From sequence record MK977694.1: DNA of 64,000 nt; one strand, 5' to 3'. The notes below the pieces were generated by a model that worked only from the letters and a program-made list of their open reading frames with translations, was not told the origin of the DNA and did not search any database. The position numbers and the translations under genes were made by a program. The DNA is from Escherichia phage vB_EcoM-Sa45lw. Below, piece by piece: positions 63,990-64,000 of this stretch (position 1 is the stretch's first letter; each line of letters begins with the position of its first letter).

Positions 63990-64000
63990 AATTTTCCTTA

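Overview
This window is a contiguous ~64 kb stretch of a T-even (T4-like, Tequatrovirus-type) Escherichia phage genome, running from the 3' end of the major capsid gene 23 to the start of rIIB. Gene order is collinear with phage T4 as I recall it: 23-24-rnlB-hoc-inh-uvsW-uvsY-25-26-51-27-28-29-48-54-alt-30-(30.x)-rIII-31-cd-pseT-alc-rnlA-denA-nrdB-nrdA-td-frd-32-59-33-dsbA-rnh-34-35-36-37-38-t-asiA-arn-motA-52-ac-stp-ndd-denB-rIIB. Late structural genes lie on the + strand behind TATAAATA late promoters; early and middle genes lie on the - strand behind sigma70-like early promoters (GTTTACA, 17-18 bp spacer, TG-extended -10) and GC-rich tetraloop terminators. All assignments come from reading the translated ORFs and DNA motifs against remembered T4 proteins; no database search was run. 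The phage is not T4 itself. Relative to my memory of T4 it lacks segD, segE and segG and has uninterrupted td and nrdB; it carries an intact second alt-like ADP-ribosyltransferase gene, a T2-type gp37/gp38 receptor-recognition module, one extra ORF between frd and td, and extra small acidic ORFs between frd.3 and gene 32. The candidates most worth follow-up are these T4-variable loci and several duplicated promoter/terminator cassettes. I found no tRNA, rRNA, CRISPR array, integrase or transposase.
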